Origin: Candidatus Hodarchaeota archaeon
GTDB lineage: Archaea > Asgardarchaeota > Heimdallarchaeia > Hodarchaeales > Hodarchaeaceae
Reading direction: 5' to 3'
NCBI GenBank assembly: GCA_016840035.1
Contig: JAEOTC010000030.1
Location: forward strand, 51,527 to 115,526
DNA length: 64,000 nt
Shown: positions 49,230 through 58,475 of the stretch, one piece after another
Layout of the letters: the number at the start of each line of letters is the position of its first letter
Numbering within the stretch: the first letter of the stretch is position 1
Position numbers and translations under genes: made by a program
Notes under the pieces: generated by a model
The model's database searches: none
Seen by the model: only the letters and a program-made list of their open reading frames with translations
Told to the model about the DNA's origin: nothing

Positions 49230-50018
49230 TTATACATAGAATAAGCGTTCGATTTCGGCTAATACAGTAATAAGATCAATACGACCTTTCGCATAATCTT
49301 CTAAAGGTCCACGAATCAGAGGGTATCTTGAAAGAACTTCACTTTCGAGTCCTATCGGGTAATTTTTCTTTCTCTTAATTGTAAACGGAATAATTTCTCC
49401 CGTTTGAGCATAAAAATTTATCTTGATTTCCTTTTTTGAATATGTGGCATCGTAGCTTTCCAATATTTGTCGAATTAATGGATCTTTTTCTTTGATTATG
49501 GTATCTGAAACAGAAGCTATCGGACTAGGATCGAGTTTCTGAGGGATTTGTTTTTCTGATATCTGGTAGATTTCTTCTAGTACGTCTAAAACTGAGCTTG
49601 TTCCAGGTTTCCAATTTTTCATTGTTTGAAGATCAATAATCTCACAATCTAATACTTCTCGAAGGGTATTTGGACCATCGATGAATGGTTTGTCTGGTAA
49701 ATCATCAAGAACAATTAATAATGGAAATGCGTACTGTCCAACCTGCATTTTAACACGAATTTTGCCTACTTCTTCTCCTACTAATTCCCCTGGAAAATTC
49801 TCAAGGATTTTTTGGGATTCTTGGTATAATGTATAGTAGTGTTCAGATTCAACTTCTTCGTCAACTGAACTTTCGTCAACGGCAATACCCTGTGGTTTCT
49901 TGAGATAATTTGTTAAATCACAATAATCACAATGAACAGGACGAAGAGAAGAAGGTTTTCCTGACAAAGGAGCACCACATCCATTGCACTGGGCAACATC
50001 TGTTTCGAGAGCAGTCAT
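49230..50018 (-). CDS. Zn-ribbon plus UEV/RWD-like (inactive E2-fold) protein
   Basis: CNGCGAPL..CDYC; LPDKPFI..LQTMKNWKP..SVLDVLEEI matches the UBC-fold pattern without HPN. Confidence 0.6.
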   Translation of the reverse strand: MTALETDVAQCNGCGAPLSGKPSSLRPVHCDYCDLTNYLKKPQGIAVDESSVDEEVESEHYYTLYQESQKILENFPGELVGEEVGKIRVKMQVGQYAFPLLIVLDDLPDKPFIDGPNTLREVLDCEIIDLQTMKNWKPGTSSVLDVLEEIYQISEKQIPQKLDPSPIASVSDTIIKEKDPLIRQILESYDATYSKKEIKINFYAQTGEIIPFTIKRKKNYPIGLESEVLSRYPLIRGPLEDYAKGRIDLITVLAEIERLFYV

Positions 50019-50338
50019 ATTTCCACCTCAATTTAATTTCCGATTTCTGTGAAGATTTATTTTCCGAAAAATTCAGAAAATCCTAACCCACTGGAATGAT
50101 CTTCATTCTCACATAACATGAGAACCTATGAATCCTATACAACAGTCTAGCCAGAATTTCCCTAATTAACTTCCAGAAAATCAAATTACTGCAGGTTCAT
50201 TCTGGAAACTGACCTTAAAAAACTAGCTCATAATGGCTTTCTTTCTAGCCAGACAATCCACAGCTTTAAATAAAATTGATGGAGTAAGTTTTTAGGTGAA
50301 TAGATAACACCTGATTAATGAACTAGGAGCGAACGCGT

Positions 50339-50890
50339 ATGTCTGATCTACATTCCAGACGATTAAGGGAAGAATTTAAGCGAATGCTAAAGATTTATCC
50401 CCCAAAAAGTGCGAACATAAAGTGGGTGATTGTGGATAATGATCTTCATCGCTATTCTGCGACAATAAAAGGGAAAGAAGGAACTCCATATGAAAATGGG
50501 GAATGGAAAATCACTATCGATTTACCACCCGAATATCCGTTTAAACCTCCAATTGTAAATTTCATCACACCAATCTGGCATCCCAATATTGCGATCGGTG
50601 AAACCCGATGGAAATGGGGTTCTAATGTGTGTTTGAGTCTGATAAATTGGAACAATATTGGTGAACCCGGTGGATGGAAGAAAACTATAACACTACCTAG
50701 CGTATTTGAACATATTGAAATGATGCTGGATGTGTATCAGAGTTCAGGAGATTCTGATTTTCCAGAATACCTTGTCGATCCTGGGGATCCATTCAATCCA
50801 GAAGCTGGAAAAATAATGCAGTCTAATTTTGACGGTTTTTGGGAAAAAGCTGTAGAGTGGACAGAGAAATTTGGGAAGAATAAATCCTAG
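50339..50890 (+). CDS. Ubiquitin-conjugating enzyme E2
   Basis: RRLREE, GTPYENG, PPEYPFKPP.V.F.TPIWHPNI, catalytic VCLSLI, DPFNPEA. Confidence 0.95.
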   Translation: MSDLHSRRLREEFKRMLKIYPPKSANIKWVIVDNDLHRYSATIKGKEGTPYENGEWKITIDLPPEYPFKPPIVNFITPIWHPNIAIGETRWKWGSNVCLSLINWNNIGEPGGWKKTITLPSVFEHIEMMLDVYQSSGDSDFPEYLVDPGDPFNPEAGKIMQSNFDGFWEKAVEWTEKFGKNKS

Positions 50891-50947
50891 TGAACTGAAT
50901 GCAATCGGGGATATTTCAAGAGAAAAAGAAACTAAGAGATTGTCCAT

Positions 50948-51514
50948 ATGACCAACAAATATCCTCACGAAACTAAAAGTCTGAATAAAAAATCAGATGA
51001 AGATAAAATAGGCGATATAAACGACGAAACAATCAGTTTAAATGCTGAAACTAATTCTGTCATGATAACTCACAAAGCTATCGATGAGATTACGAATTTT
51101 TCACTAAACGCTATGCCAAAAGAGGCGATTGGACTACTTAGTGGAAGGGAAATCAGACCTAGAGAACTATTAATAACGAAGGGTCTATTTGTGACAGAGG
51201 GCGAGGAGTATTCGGTGTCCTTTTCTGAAAGTGATTTTCAGATTTTTGACCAAGTATCCAGTCCAGAATTTTGTGTTGGATGGTGGCACTCTCATCCAGG
51301 ATTTGGACTTTTCTTATCACAAACGGATATTACCACTCACATTTTTTCCTTCCAACTCGTTCAACCTCTCTCTGTGGCACTTGTAGTGGATCCTATGGAT
51401 ATTGGAGACGATGGTATTGCTAAATACAAGTTTTTCCAAATCGTTGGAGATTCACGAAATAGAGATTTTCAATATATTGAAATCGCAAGTTATCTATCAG
51501 TATCTAGTGAATAG
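50948..51514 (+). CDS. JAB1/MPN+ metalloprotease (Rpn11/CSN5-like deconjugase)
   Basis: E(AIGLL), VGWWHSHPGFGLFLSQTD JAMM motif, ALVVDP. Confidence 0.93.
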   Translation: MTNKYPHETKSLNKKSDEDKIGDINDETISLNAETNSVMITHKAIDEITNFSLNAMPKEAIGLLSGREIRPRELLITKGLFVTEGEEYSVSFSESDFQIFDQVSSPEFCVGWWHSHPGFGLFLSQTDITTHIFSFQLVQPLSVALVVDPMDIGDDGIAKYKFFQIVGDSRNRDFQYIEIASYLSVSSE

Positions 51515-51599
51515 AGAAATTTCTAGAATTGAATTTTGGGAAATCGGTAAAGGGGAATAATATTAAACATCCTGGTGGAAAATAAATTCGAGGTTCAAA

Positions 51600-52382
51600 A
51601 TGATACTAGATGATCTTCTATTGGGTATTTTTCTCTCCTTTGGGCAATTCTTCCTGCAAGGAGAATCAGCCGGACTCTTAGATACTATTATTGTACTTTT
51701 AGGACCAGGATTAGTATTATTTTTTACATTTTACTTACTATGGGCTGGAAGAAGGAAGAATCATAAAATTATCAATGTATCGAAAGATGCTCTTCTTGAA
51801 ATTTTCTCTAATGAATTTGATGATCTAGTAACTGATCAATTGAGCTCTAATGGTGGACTTTTATTTCCTAAGTATAAGAGAACATCTAGTATTCCTTTTA
51901 AGGACTTTAGAGTTGTATTTGCACTAGAGGAACGTCATTTAATGCTCTCGGTAATAATTTCATGGTTTTCAGGAGCAAATGACTATATTGCAGTTCAAGG
52001 TAACGCAAAAAAAGGGAAATTACCTACGAAGATTCAGATTATTCCAAATCATGAAGAAGGACAGATTAAGAAGCACCAAGACTTACTTTTTGAATTGAAA
52101 GATATTAAGTTGAATTCTGAATTATTGGATCAGTTTTTTCTCATGAAAGCAACATCAGTTAAGATGGGAAGCTTCTTTCTCAAGGATAAACCTCTATTAA
52201 AGCAAATTTATTCCATTCGAAATTCACTAGTTCGTTTATCAATTGATTCTACCGAGGATCCTGCTATTAGACTCTATTGTAGAATAAATAAGGATTTAGA
52301 CCTAAAGAAGCTGCATAGAGTTTTTATATCGCTTGTAGAAAGGGTAAATCAAGTAGCGGATAAAAAAGTGATGAGGAAATAA
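51600..52382 (+). CDS. CCDC47/DUF1682 (PAT complex subunit)-like membrane protein
   Basis: TM helix followed by GRRKN..I......L....F, then L.ERH.ML..I......D.I, like the CCDC47 juxtamembrane domain. Confidence 0.6.
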   Translation: MILDDLLLGIFLSFGQFFLQGESAGLLDTIIVLLGPGLVLFFTFYLLWAGRRKNHKIINVSKDALLEIFSNEFDDLVTDQLSSNGGLLFPKYKRTSSIPFKDFRVVFALEERHLMLSVIISWFSGANDYIAVQGNAKKGKLPTKIQIIPNHEEGQIKKHQDLLFELKDIKLNSELLDQFFLMKATSVKMGSFFLKDKPLLKQIYSIRNSLVRLSIDSTEDPAIRLYCRINKDLDLKKLHRVFISLVERVNQVADKKVMRK

Positions 52383-52403
52383 ACAACCAGCTAACCTGGT
52401 TAA

Positions 52404-52967
52404 TTATAAAGTCTCAATCTTTTCAGTTACTCTTTGTCGAAGCCATTCTAATCCTTCTTCAACATTGAATCCTGTTTTAGCTGAAGTAGGTACAATCGCA
52501 TATGAATGTGTTGTGACTTTGTGGAGATTGAGGGATCTTGCTACTTCACCCGCAGAAGCAGCGTTTTCTAAATCCTGTTTGTTTGCCAGAACAAGAATAG
52601 GAATGTTTTCAACCTTGTCGTTATCTAAGACATATTTCCATAATTCAGCCTGAGCTTCGTCAAAACGTTGTCTATCATTAGAATCTATAACATAAACTAT
52701 CCCCATGGAACCAGCCATATAGCTCTCCCAGAGTGATTCACGAAAAGCTTCTTGACCTCCAATATCCCATGATATAAATCGGACATTCCCAGAACTAAAC
52801 TCATCAACATTCATACCGAGTGTTCGAAAGGTGCTATCATCAAATTCCCCAGATGTGATTCTTTTAACAATCGTTGTTTTACCTGCGTGATCCAGCCCAA
52901 GCCAGGCTATTTTCACCGTTAATCGTTCTCTTGCGAATTTTGAGCGCAATTTTGTAAGGAAACTCAT
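52404..52967 (-). CDS. Arf-family small GTPase
   Basis: GLDHAGKT, TLGMNV, WDIGGQ, NKQD, TSAK; N-terminal amphipathic helix MSFLTKLRSKF. Confidence 0.93.
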   Translation of the reverse strand: MSFLTKLRSKFARERLTVKIAWLGLDHAGKTTIVKRITSGEFDDSTFRTLGMNVDEFSSGNVRFISWDIGGQEAFRESLWESYMAGSMGIVYVIDSNDRQRFDEAQAELWKYVLDNDKVENIPILVLANKQDLENAASAGEVARSLNLHKVTTHSYAIVPTSAKTGFNVEEGLEWLRQRVTEKIETL

Positions 52968-52980
52968 CGATGATACCTCT

Positions 52981-53529
52981 TCATTTTCTCTGTATTTGCT
53001 TACTTTGAAATCTCTCGCTCATCCATTGCCAAGGTTCATCGACGCCTTCTCCAGTAAGAGCGGAGCATGGATAAACCCCAAATGTTCGTGGACGTTCTGC
53101 CATTTCCGTTTCCAATTCAAGAGTTTTGACAATATTGTCTAATGACATTGCAACATCGAGATCTTGCTTATTTGCCAGAAATAGGAATGCAGAGTCTTCT
53201 GGTGCCCATTGAATAACATTCTTGAGCCATTTCGCTGCTGTTTCGACCTTATCTCTATCAGCTGAATCGAATACGAAAACCACCCCTGAGGCCTCTGAAA
53301 CAAAAGGTTCCCATAAACTAGTAGGGTATGTGGGTTGTCCCCCTAGATCTACAGCCATTACCTCAAGTTCCCCTATTTTCAACGTTTCAATATTCATGCC
53401 CATAGTAGGAACTGTTTCTAAATCCTCATGACCTTTTAATCGTTTAACTAAAGTTGTTTTTCCTGCGTTAGCTAATCCGACGAAAGCTATTTGATTTTCG
53501 ATTTCTCGACCAAATAATTTTGTTGGCAT
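52981..53529 (-). CDS. Arf-family small GTPase
   Basis: GLANAGKT, PTMGMN, DLGGQ, NKQD, CSALTGEG. Confidence 0.92.
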   Translation of the reverse strand: MPTKLFGREIENQIAFVGLANAGKTTLVKRLKGHEDLETVPTMGMNIETLKIGELEVMAVDLGGQPTYPTSLWEPFVSEASGVVFVFDSADRDKVETAAKWLKNVIQWAPEDSAFLFLANKQDLDVAMSLDNIVKTLELETEMAERPRTFGVYPCSALTGEGVDEPWQWMSERFQSKQIQRK

Positions 53530-53724
53530 CTTCTAAACCAATCATTAATTGAATCAGATGCTAAAAGTGCTAAGAAGAAAATTTATTGGATTCTCACTAT
53601 ACTTTAACAGAGTGGGTTTCAAACCGATAAACAGTTTTCTTATAGCCGTTGTTTTAAGAGTTCTGTGCATTATTAATAAACCTATTTTATTAGACGTATT
53701 CGAAATAACTCCCTAAAATTCCTA

Positions 53725-55629
53725 CTAAACTACACGGGTGAATATTGGTTGATGAGAGACTAGCTTGGGAAATACTCTGAAGTACGTTGGTTTATCCTTG
53801 GTTTGAGCCTGAACATACTCTATTACATCTTCCAGCGCTTGGAATTCTTGAGAATTATTAAATCGATATCGCACACTCACTTTTCCCTCTTTTAATTCTT
53901 TTTCTCCCGCTACAATAATGATGGGTGTCCATAATTTTTCTGCAGCTCGGATTTTCTTACCTAGTGATAAGTCACGATCATCGATTTCCACTCTAATGCG
54001 ATTTTGTTCCAATTTTTGAGCGATTTTATCTGTAAATTCCAAATAATCCTCAGAAACCGGTAAAATTCTAATTTGAGCTGGAGATAGCCATAATGGAAAT
54101 TGTGGTTTTGATCCTCTTTGAGAACGTTTCAATTGATCCTCAATAATGCCGTAGATGACTCTTTCAGTAGATCCTGAGAGCGAGCAATGCATTAGAAGGG
54201 GATAAACTTCTTTCCCCTCTGAATCGATATATTGTATATCAAAACGCTCAGAATTCTCTACATCAATCTGAACAGTAGAAAGAGCTGCAGCTTTCTTTTG
54301 AGTGTCAACCACATTAAATTCGAATTTTAAAATAAAATATGCATATCTCGTCTCAAACAATTCCAACAGTATTGGTTTATTGAGTATTTTTACAAGAGAG
54401 ACAATCCAATCTTTATTTTCCTCATAAAATGCTGTTGTCATCCGAAATGCTGTTTCAATATTTATCTCGATATCGCTCATATATTGAAAAGCGAGAAGAA
54501 ATTGTTCCTCAAATTCTTTCTGTGCCATCTGAATATCGCTAGTAGCTGTGTGTAAGTCAGGCATGGTGAAAGCTCTAAGTCTACGTAATCCTGCCAACTC
54601 TCCGCGTTGTTCACGTCTGAATGATTTAGCCATTTCGAAGATCTTAAGTGGGAGTTGACGATAACTTATGATAGCATCAGACATAGTAAGAAATTGGCCA
54701 AAACAGGCTGCAAATCGCAAGAAATGATTTCTATTTCCAGATTTTACAACATATTGTCTTGCAGGAAATCTTTCAATATATTTCTTCAGCGATTGGTGAT
54801 CATAAGAGTACATGAGTGGTGTTTCAACAATCATTGCTCCATATTGGGCAGCCATGTTGTTGACATGATCTTCAATAAGCCTCTTAACTACGTAACCTCT
54901 TGGAAGTATTCTAAAATTACCAGGATCAGATCCTTCTTCATAATCCACTAATTCAAGATTCTTCATGACATCCACATGAAGTGGAGGGGTGCTAACTGTT
55001 CTATCCTTATCGGTCTCGTACTTAATAAACAATTCAAGCTCTTTCAATCCTTTATAGTTAAATTTGTCAAAGGGTTCCATTTTCCCATCCATAGTAAGAA
55101 CATGAAAAGTTGAACGGGCCGTTTCTTCTGCATCAAGAGCCGTGGTAACTTCGGCTGAAGCTTCAACTGTTTTTGCACCTGATTGACCCAATATTTCCTT
55201 AGATCTTTCTGCTAAAGCATGGCCTTTACAATTCAGATTGAAACCTTTGTAATATCCAAAAGGAGCTCTAACAATGCTCAAATCTGGATGGTTGGAACGT
55301 AAGCTTGTTTCAATGTTTTTTAGCGCAGATAAAGCTGCGTCAGGTTTAGCAGGCTGAGTTTTGGCTAAATGTACCCAAGGGTACACAATCAAATTGCTTT
55401 CACCAATATCTTTCAAAGCAGAAACAATTTCATCGCAGGCATTAGAGATCACAGTTGATATATCGGGGACGTCATTCTTCTCAACTGAAATGAAAACGAC
55501 TAAAGATGAATCCGTAGTAGAATATTCCATCTTAGCTGTTTTGGATGATTCAGGATTACTAATTGCCTTTTCAGTTACTTTCCAATCAAACCCGAGTGAG
55601 TGTACGAGTAAAAGTTGCATTTTAATCAC
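53725..55629 (-). CDS. thrS: Threonine--tRNA ligase (archaeal type with N-terminal editing domain)
   Basis: YPWVHL, APFGYYK, LRFAACFGQF, FRREQRGE, HCSLSGS.ER. Confidence 0.97.
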   Translation of the reverse strand: MIKMQLLLVHSLGFDWKVTEKAISNPESSKTAKMEYSTTDSSLVVFISVEKNDVPDISTVISNACDEIVSALKDIGESNLIVYPWVHLAKTQPAKPDAALSALKNIETSLRSNHPDLSIVRAPFGYYKGFNLNCKGHALAERSKEILGQSGAKTVEASAEVTTALDAEETARSTFHVLTMDGKMEPFDKFNYKGLKELELFIKYETDKDRTVSTPPLHVDVMKNLELVDYEEGSDPGNFRILPRGYVVKRLIEDHVNNMAAQYGAMIVETPLMYSYDHQSLKKYIERFPARQYVVKSGNRNHFLRFAACFGQFLTMSDAIISYRQLPLKIFEMAKSFRREQRGELAGLRRLRAFTMPDLHTATSDIQMAQKEFEEQFLLAFQYMSDIEINIETAFRMTTAFYEENKDWIVSLVKILNKPILLELFETRYAYFILKFEFNVVDTQKKAAALSTVQIDVENSERFDIQYIDSEGKEVYPLLMHCSLSGSTERVIYGIIEDQLKRSQRGSKPQFPLWLSPAQIRILPVSEDYLEFTDKIAQKLEQNRIRVEIDDRDLSLGKKIRAAEKLWTPIIIVAGEKELKEGKVSVRYRFNNSQEFQALEDVIEYVQAQTKDKPTYFRVFPKLVSHQPIFTRVV

Positions 55630-55739
55630 AGATCTTGCATTTTGTGAGTATATACGGACAACTTATAGTTCTCAAAAGAGCTTTTCCGAACTTGAACAAG
55701 AATCTTCTAGTCCATAAGATCCAGAGCTTAAAGGATTAT

Positions 55740-56339
55740 CTAGAAAAATGTCTCCACAAAGAAGTTGATTGCGGAATCAGGAATACCTTGCTCAATAAAA
55801 GTTGTCCAAGCGGTAGTTTTGGTTAATTTTTGTGAAAGTGTCTGTTCTGTCATAAATTCATAATATTCATGAGGAAAAACAACCCACTCCGAAGCTTCTT
55901 CAGCGTAAAAATCGGGTTTTACTTTGGACCACGGTTTATATAATAGGGTTGCGATTTTGACAGTTTTTGGGTCTTTTAAATTAAGGTAGTTTAGTGCACA
56001 CTCCAAACTTTCTCCACTATCAGCAAGATCATCAATTAATAGGATATTTTTTTGGAAAATATCAACACCTACATCTTGAGATATCACTGGTTTGGTGTGT
56101 GTTTCTGCTATAGCAGTATAAAATTTTATTTGCATAGTAGCAAGTATTGTTGATATTTGATGTCCTTCTAAGAGATAACTCGCTTCAAACATGTCACTTA
56201 AGAGACGTGCGGGAATCCATCCCCCACGACTAATTCCAAGAATAATATCAGGTTTATATCCATCTTTTTTTATTAAAATAAATAAAGAACGGGCTAATCG
56301 ATCAATCTCATGCCATTGAATTATCTTGATTTCAACCAA
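55740..56339 (-). CDS. Purine phosphoribosyltransferase (Gpt/Hpt-like)
   Basis: ISRGGWIPAR, LLIDDLADSGESL, WVVFP. Confidence 0.92.
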   Translation of the reverse strand: MVEIKIIQWHEIDRLARSLFILIKKDGYKPDIILGISRGGWIPARLLSDMFEASYLLEGHQISTILATMQIKFYTAIAETHTKPVISQDVGVDIFQKNILLIDDLADSGESLECALNYLNLKDPKTVKIATLLYKPWSKVKPDFYAEEASEWVVFPHEYYEFMTEQTLSQKLTKTTAWTTFIEQGIPDSAINFFVETFF

Positions 56340-56436
56340 AATCCAATCACATCATTATTCCATTTTGAAAAGGAATTTGAGTACTATCTAAAGAAAGATT
56401 TTAAGCTCTATTACAGTCGCATGATCGGTCATAAAT

Positions 56437-57021
56437 TTGAGGAGCGGCCATAAAATAGAACCCTACGTCATTCAAGAGCTGGATTCCTATGTTTACCTTG
56501 TCTTTGGCGCAACAATTCAAGACCAAAGTAAGTCTATTAATATCAAAAGTATCTTAGATGAACTAGAAGATAAGTTTGAGTTGGTTGGTTCACAACTATT
56601 TGACTTTCGTCTTATTTGGGGATATAAACATGTTTATTCCGCTCTGTGGCATGCTGAAAAAGCAAAAATATCGAATAATATGATTTCAAAGTCTTTCTCG
56701 ATGGAAATTCTGCTCTATCTCGCAGGCTGTAGGCAAATTAAGAAAGCTCTAGACATGCTGGGTGTAAAGAGCAATTCTGAGAAGATAATTGGAGTTGTGG
56801 TTGGGGAGAATCGTAAAGAATTACCTGAAGCATTCCAATTTCTGAAGAATACAATACAATTTGACGCTGATACTAGTATTATTGAACAGTATGATCTGAA
56901 AAGGAAATGGTTAATCGAACAACTACTGAAAGAGAATTACCAATATGCAAATACCTTTTCTGATGTGGAGATTGAAAAAGCTCAATTAGAAAAGGTGGCC
57001 CTACTTGCTTTGAATGCCTGA
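56437..57021 (+). CDS. cgi121: KEOPS subunit Cgi121
   Basis: H...A..HA, MEILLYLAGCRQIKKAL..LG, LEKVALL. Confidence 0.9.
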   Translation: MRSGHKIEPYVIQELDSYVYLVFGATIQDQSKSINIKSILDELEDKFELVGSQLFDFRLIWGYKHVYSALWHAEKAKISNNMISKSFSMEILLYLAGCRQIKKALDMLGVKSNSEKIIGVVVGENRKELPEAFQFLKNTIQFDADTSIIEQYDLKRKWLIEQLLKENYQYANTFSDVEIEKAQLEKVALLALNA

Positions 57022-57029
57022 CAATATAA

Positions 57030-57554
57030 TTAATCGGAAGAAATTTTCATCATACTGATCTCAGAGTTTGGAGGCATTAAACTTATCCCTGTCAGATCAC
57101 GTATGATTTCAATCCTGATTTCAATATCAGGAGTCTTTAGCTTCACACTTCCCCAATTAATTCTATCTGCAACCTCTTCAATTATTTGCCTTGATCTTAA
57201 ATTACATTGCCGTTTGTTCAGTGTAATCCTCCAAGATTGGGAGGGTGCTATCCTTTCTTTAGCTAATTTCGTGGTTTGCTCTATAATTAATGGAAGGTCT
57301 GTTTTTATTAGAAATTCCAGAGGAACAATTTTCAGACATGCAATTAAGGGTCCTTTTTCTTTGATGTAATTTTTTATATGCTCTAAAACTGCAAATGGAT
57401 TGTTTTTTTCCCCTTCAAGCTTCAAAATAGATAAACCCGGGACTCTGGATTTTAATGGTTTCACTCTATAGTCTAAAACATCGGACAAGACATAATACGC
57501 TTCAGAAAGCGCGTCTCGTTCATTTGTTCGTTGAGAGCTGATTAAGAAGCTCAT
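57030..57554 (-). CDS. THUMP-domain RNA-binding protein
   Basis: SWRITLNKR, VKLKTPD.EIRIEII. Confidence 0.88.
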   Translation of the reverse strand: MSFLISSQRTNERDALSEAYYVLSDVLDYRVKPLKSRVPGLSILKLEGEKNNPFAVLEHIKNYIKEKGPLIACLKIVPLEFLIKTDLPLIIEQTTKLAKERIAPSQSWRITLNKRQCNLRSRQIIEEVADRINWGSVKLKTPDIEIRIEIIRDLTGISLMPPNSEISMMKISSD

Positions 57555-57572
57555 TAGAATACCAAATCGGAG

Positions 57573-57749
57573 TTAATCTTCACTCCTAAGTAACCAAGCC
57601 GAAGAGATGAGGTCAGTTGAACCACACTTTGGACAGCTAGGCTTGGTAATATAAATACCATCTTCTTCAATAGTAACAAATTCAGCTTTTTGAAAACGGT
57701 TTTCACACTCTTTATTCTGGCAAATATATACATCTGGTTTCTCTACCAT
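57573..57749 (-). CDS. 58-aa Zn-ribbon protein (absent from the ORF track)
   Basis: MVEKPDVYICQNKECENRF..PSCPKCGSTDL..; fills the gap between co-oriented genes. Confidence 0.7.
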   Translation of the reverse strand: MVEKPDVYICQNKECENRFQKAEFVTIEEDGIYITKPSCPKCGSTDLISSAWLLRSED

Positions 57750-57773
57750 TGTCTCACAATTCCATACACTTAT

Positions 57774-58475
57774 TCAGATCTGTTTATGTCCAAATTCTAA
57801 GATATCAATAATATTTGAGACTCCCTTCGCTAGAAAATATCGATTATTATCCCAATCAGCGATCACTAATCGTCTCCATGATGCGAATTGAAGTTGAGAC
57901 AGAATCTCTGATTCTGATTCCCCCATAGTTTTTACAATATCGCTTAATTCACCTGTTGACTTTTTAACTGCTTGTAGTATTGGATAATAATGTTTTACCG
58001 CATTTAAAACAATTAATCCAAGAGCTCGTTCTAAACTCTTCCCCGTTTTCGCTGATGTGCCGATTACGGATATTGATGAAGCTCTAGGGCCAAGAATAGT
58101 ATTTGCTACTTCTTCAGGGCTTTTTGCACCTAAAATATCCTGTTTGTTTGCACAAAGGACAATTGGGATCCCAGGTAAAATCTCATCAATCTCATTCAAT
58201 AGTTTCTTTGCTTCGTCAAAAGAAGCTACATTTACCGAGTCAACAACAAAGAGAATTCCGTCCGCTCCCTTACTCAAAATCTTTCTAATAATTTCAAATC
58301 GTTGCAATCCAGGGGTCCCGAAGAGGAAGACTTCCACTCCATAAATTGTGGTTTTACAGTGGTCCAAAGCAATTGTAGTTCCACCATAATCAATCGAAAT
58401 TGATTTTCCTGAACTAATTTTTTGGACTGTTGAAGATTTTCCACTATTATAGGGGCCAAGGATCACAATTTTCAA
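57774..58475 (-). CDS. Small GTPase (MglA/ATP_bind_1-like) with C-terminal winged helix
   Basis: GPYNSGKS, TTIALD, FGTPG..RF, NKQD, TSA. Confidence 0.88.
   Translation of the reverse strand: MKIVILGPYNSGKSSTVQKISSGKSISIDYGGTTIALDHCKTTIYGVEVFLFGTPGLQRFEIIRKILSKGADGILFVVDSVNVASFDEAKKLLNEIDEILPGIPIVLCANKQDILGAKSPEEVANTILGPRASSISVIGTSAKTGKSLERALGLIVLNAVKHYYPILQAVKKSTGELSDIVKTMGESESEILSQLQFASWRRLVIADWDNNRYFLAKGVSNIIDILEFGHKQI

Noticed and set aside
50040-50220. ORB-like TTCCA/TGGAAAC words suggesting a replication origin
   Set aside because: Matches are partial with no G-string, no cdc6/orc1 is nearby, and the region is better explained as a divergent promoter
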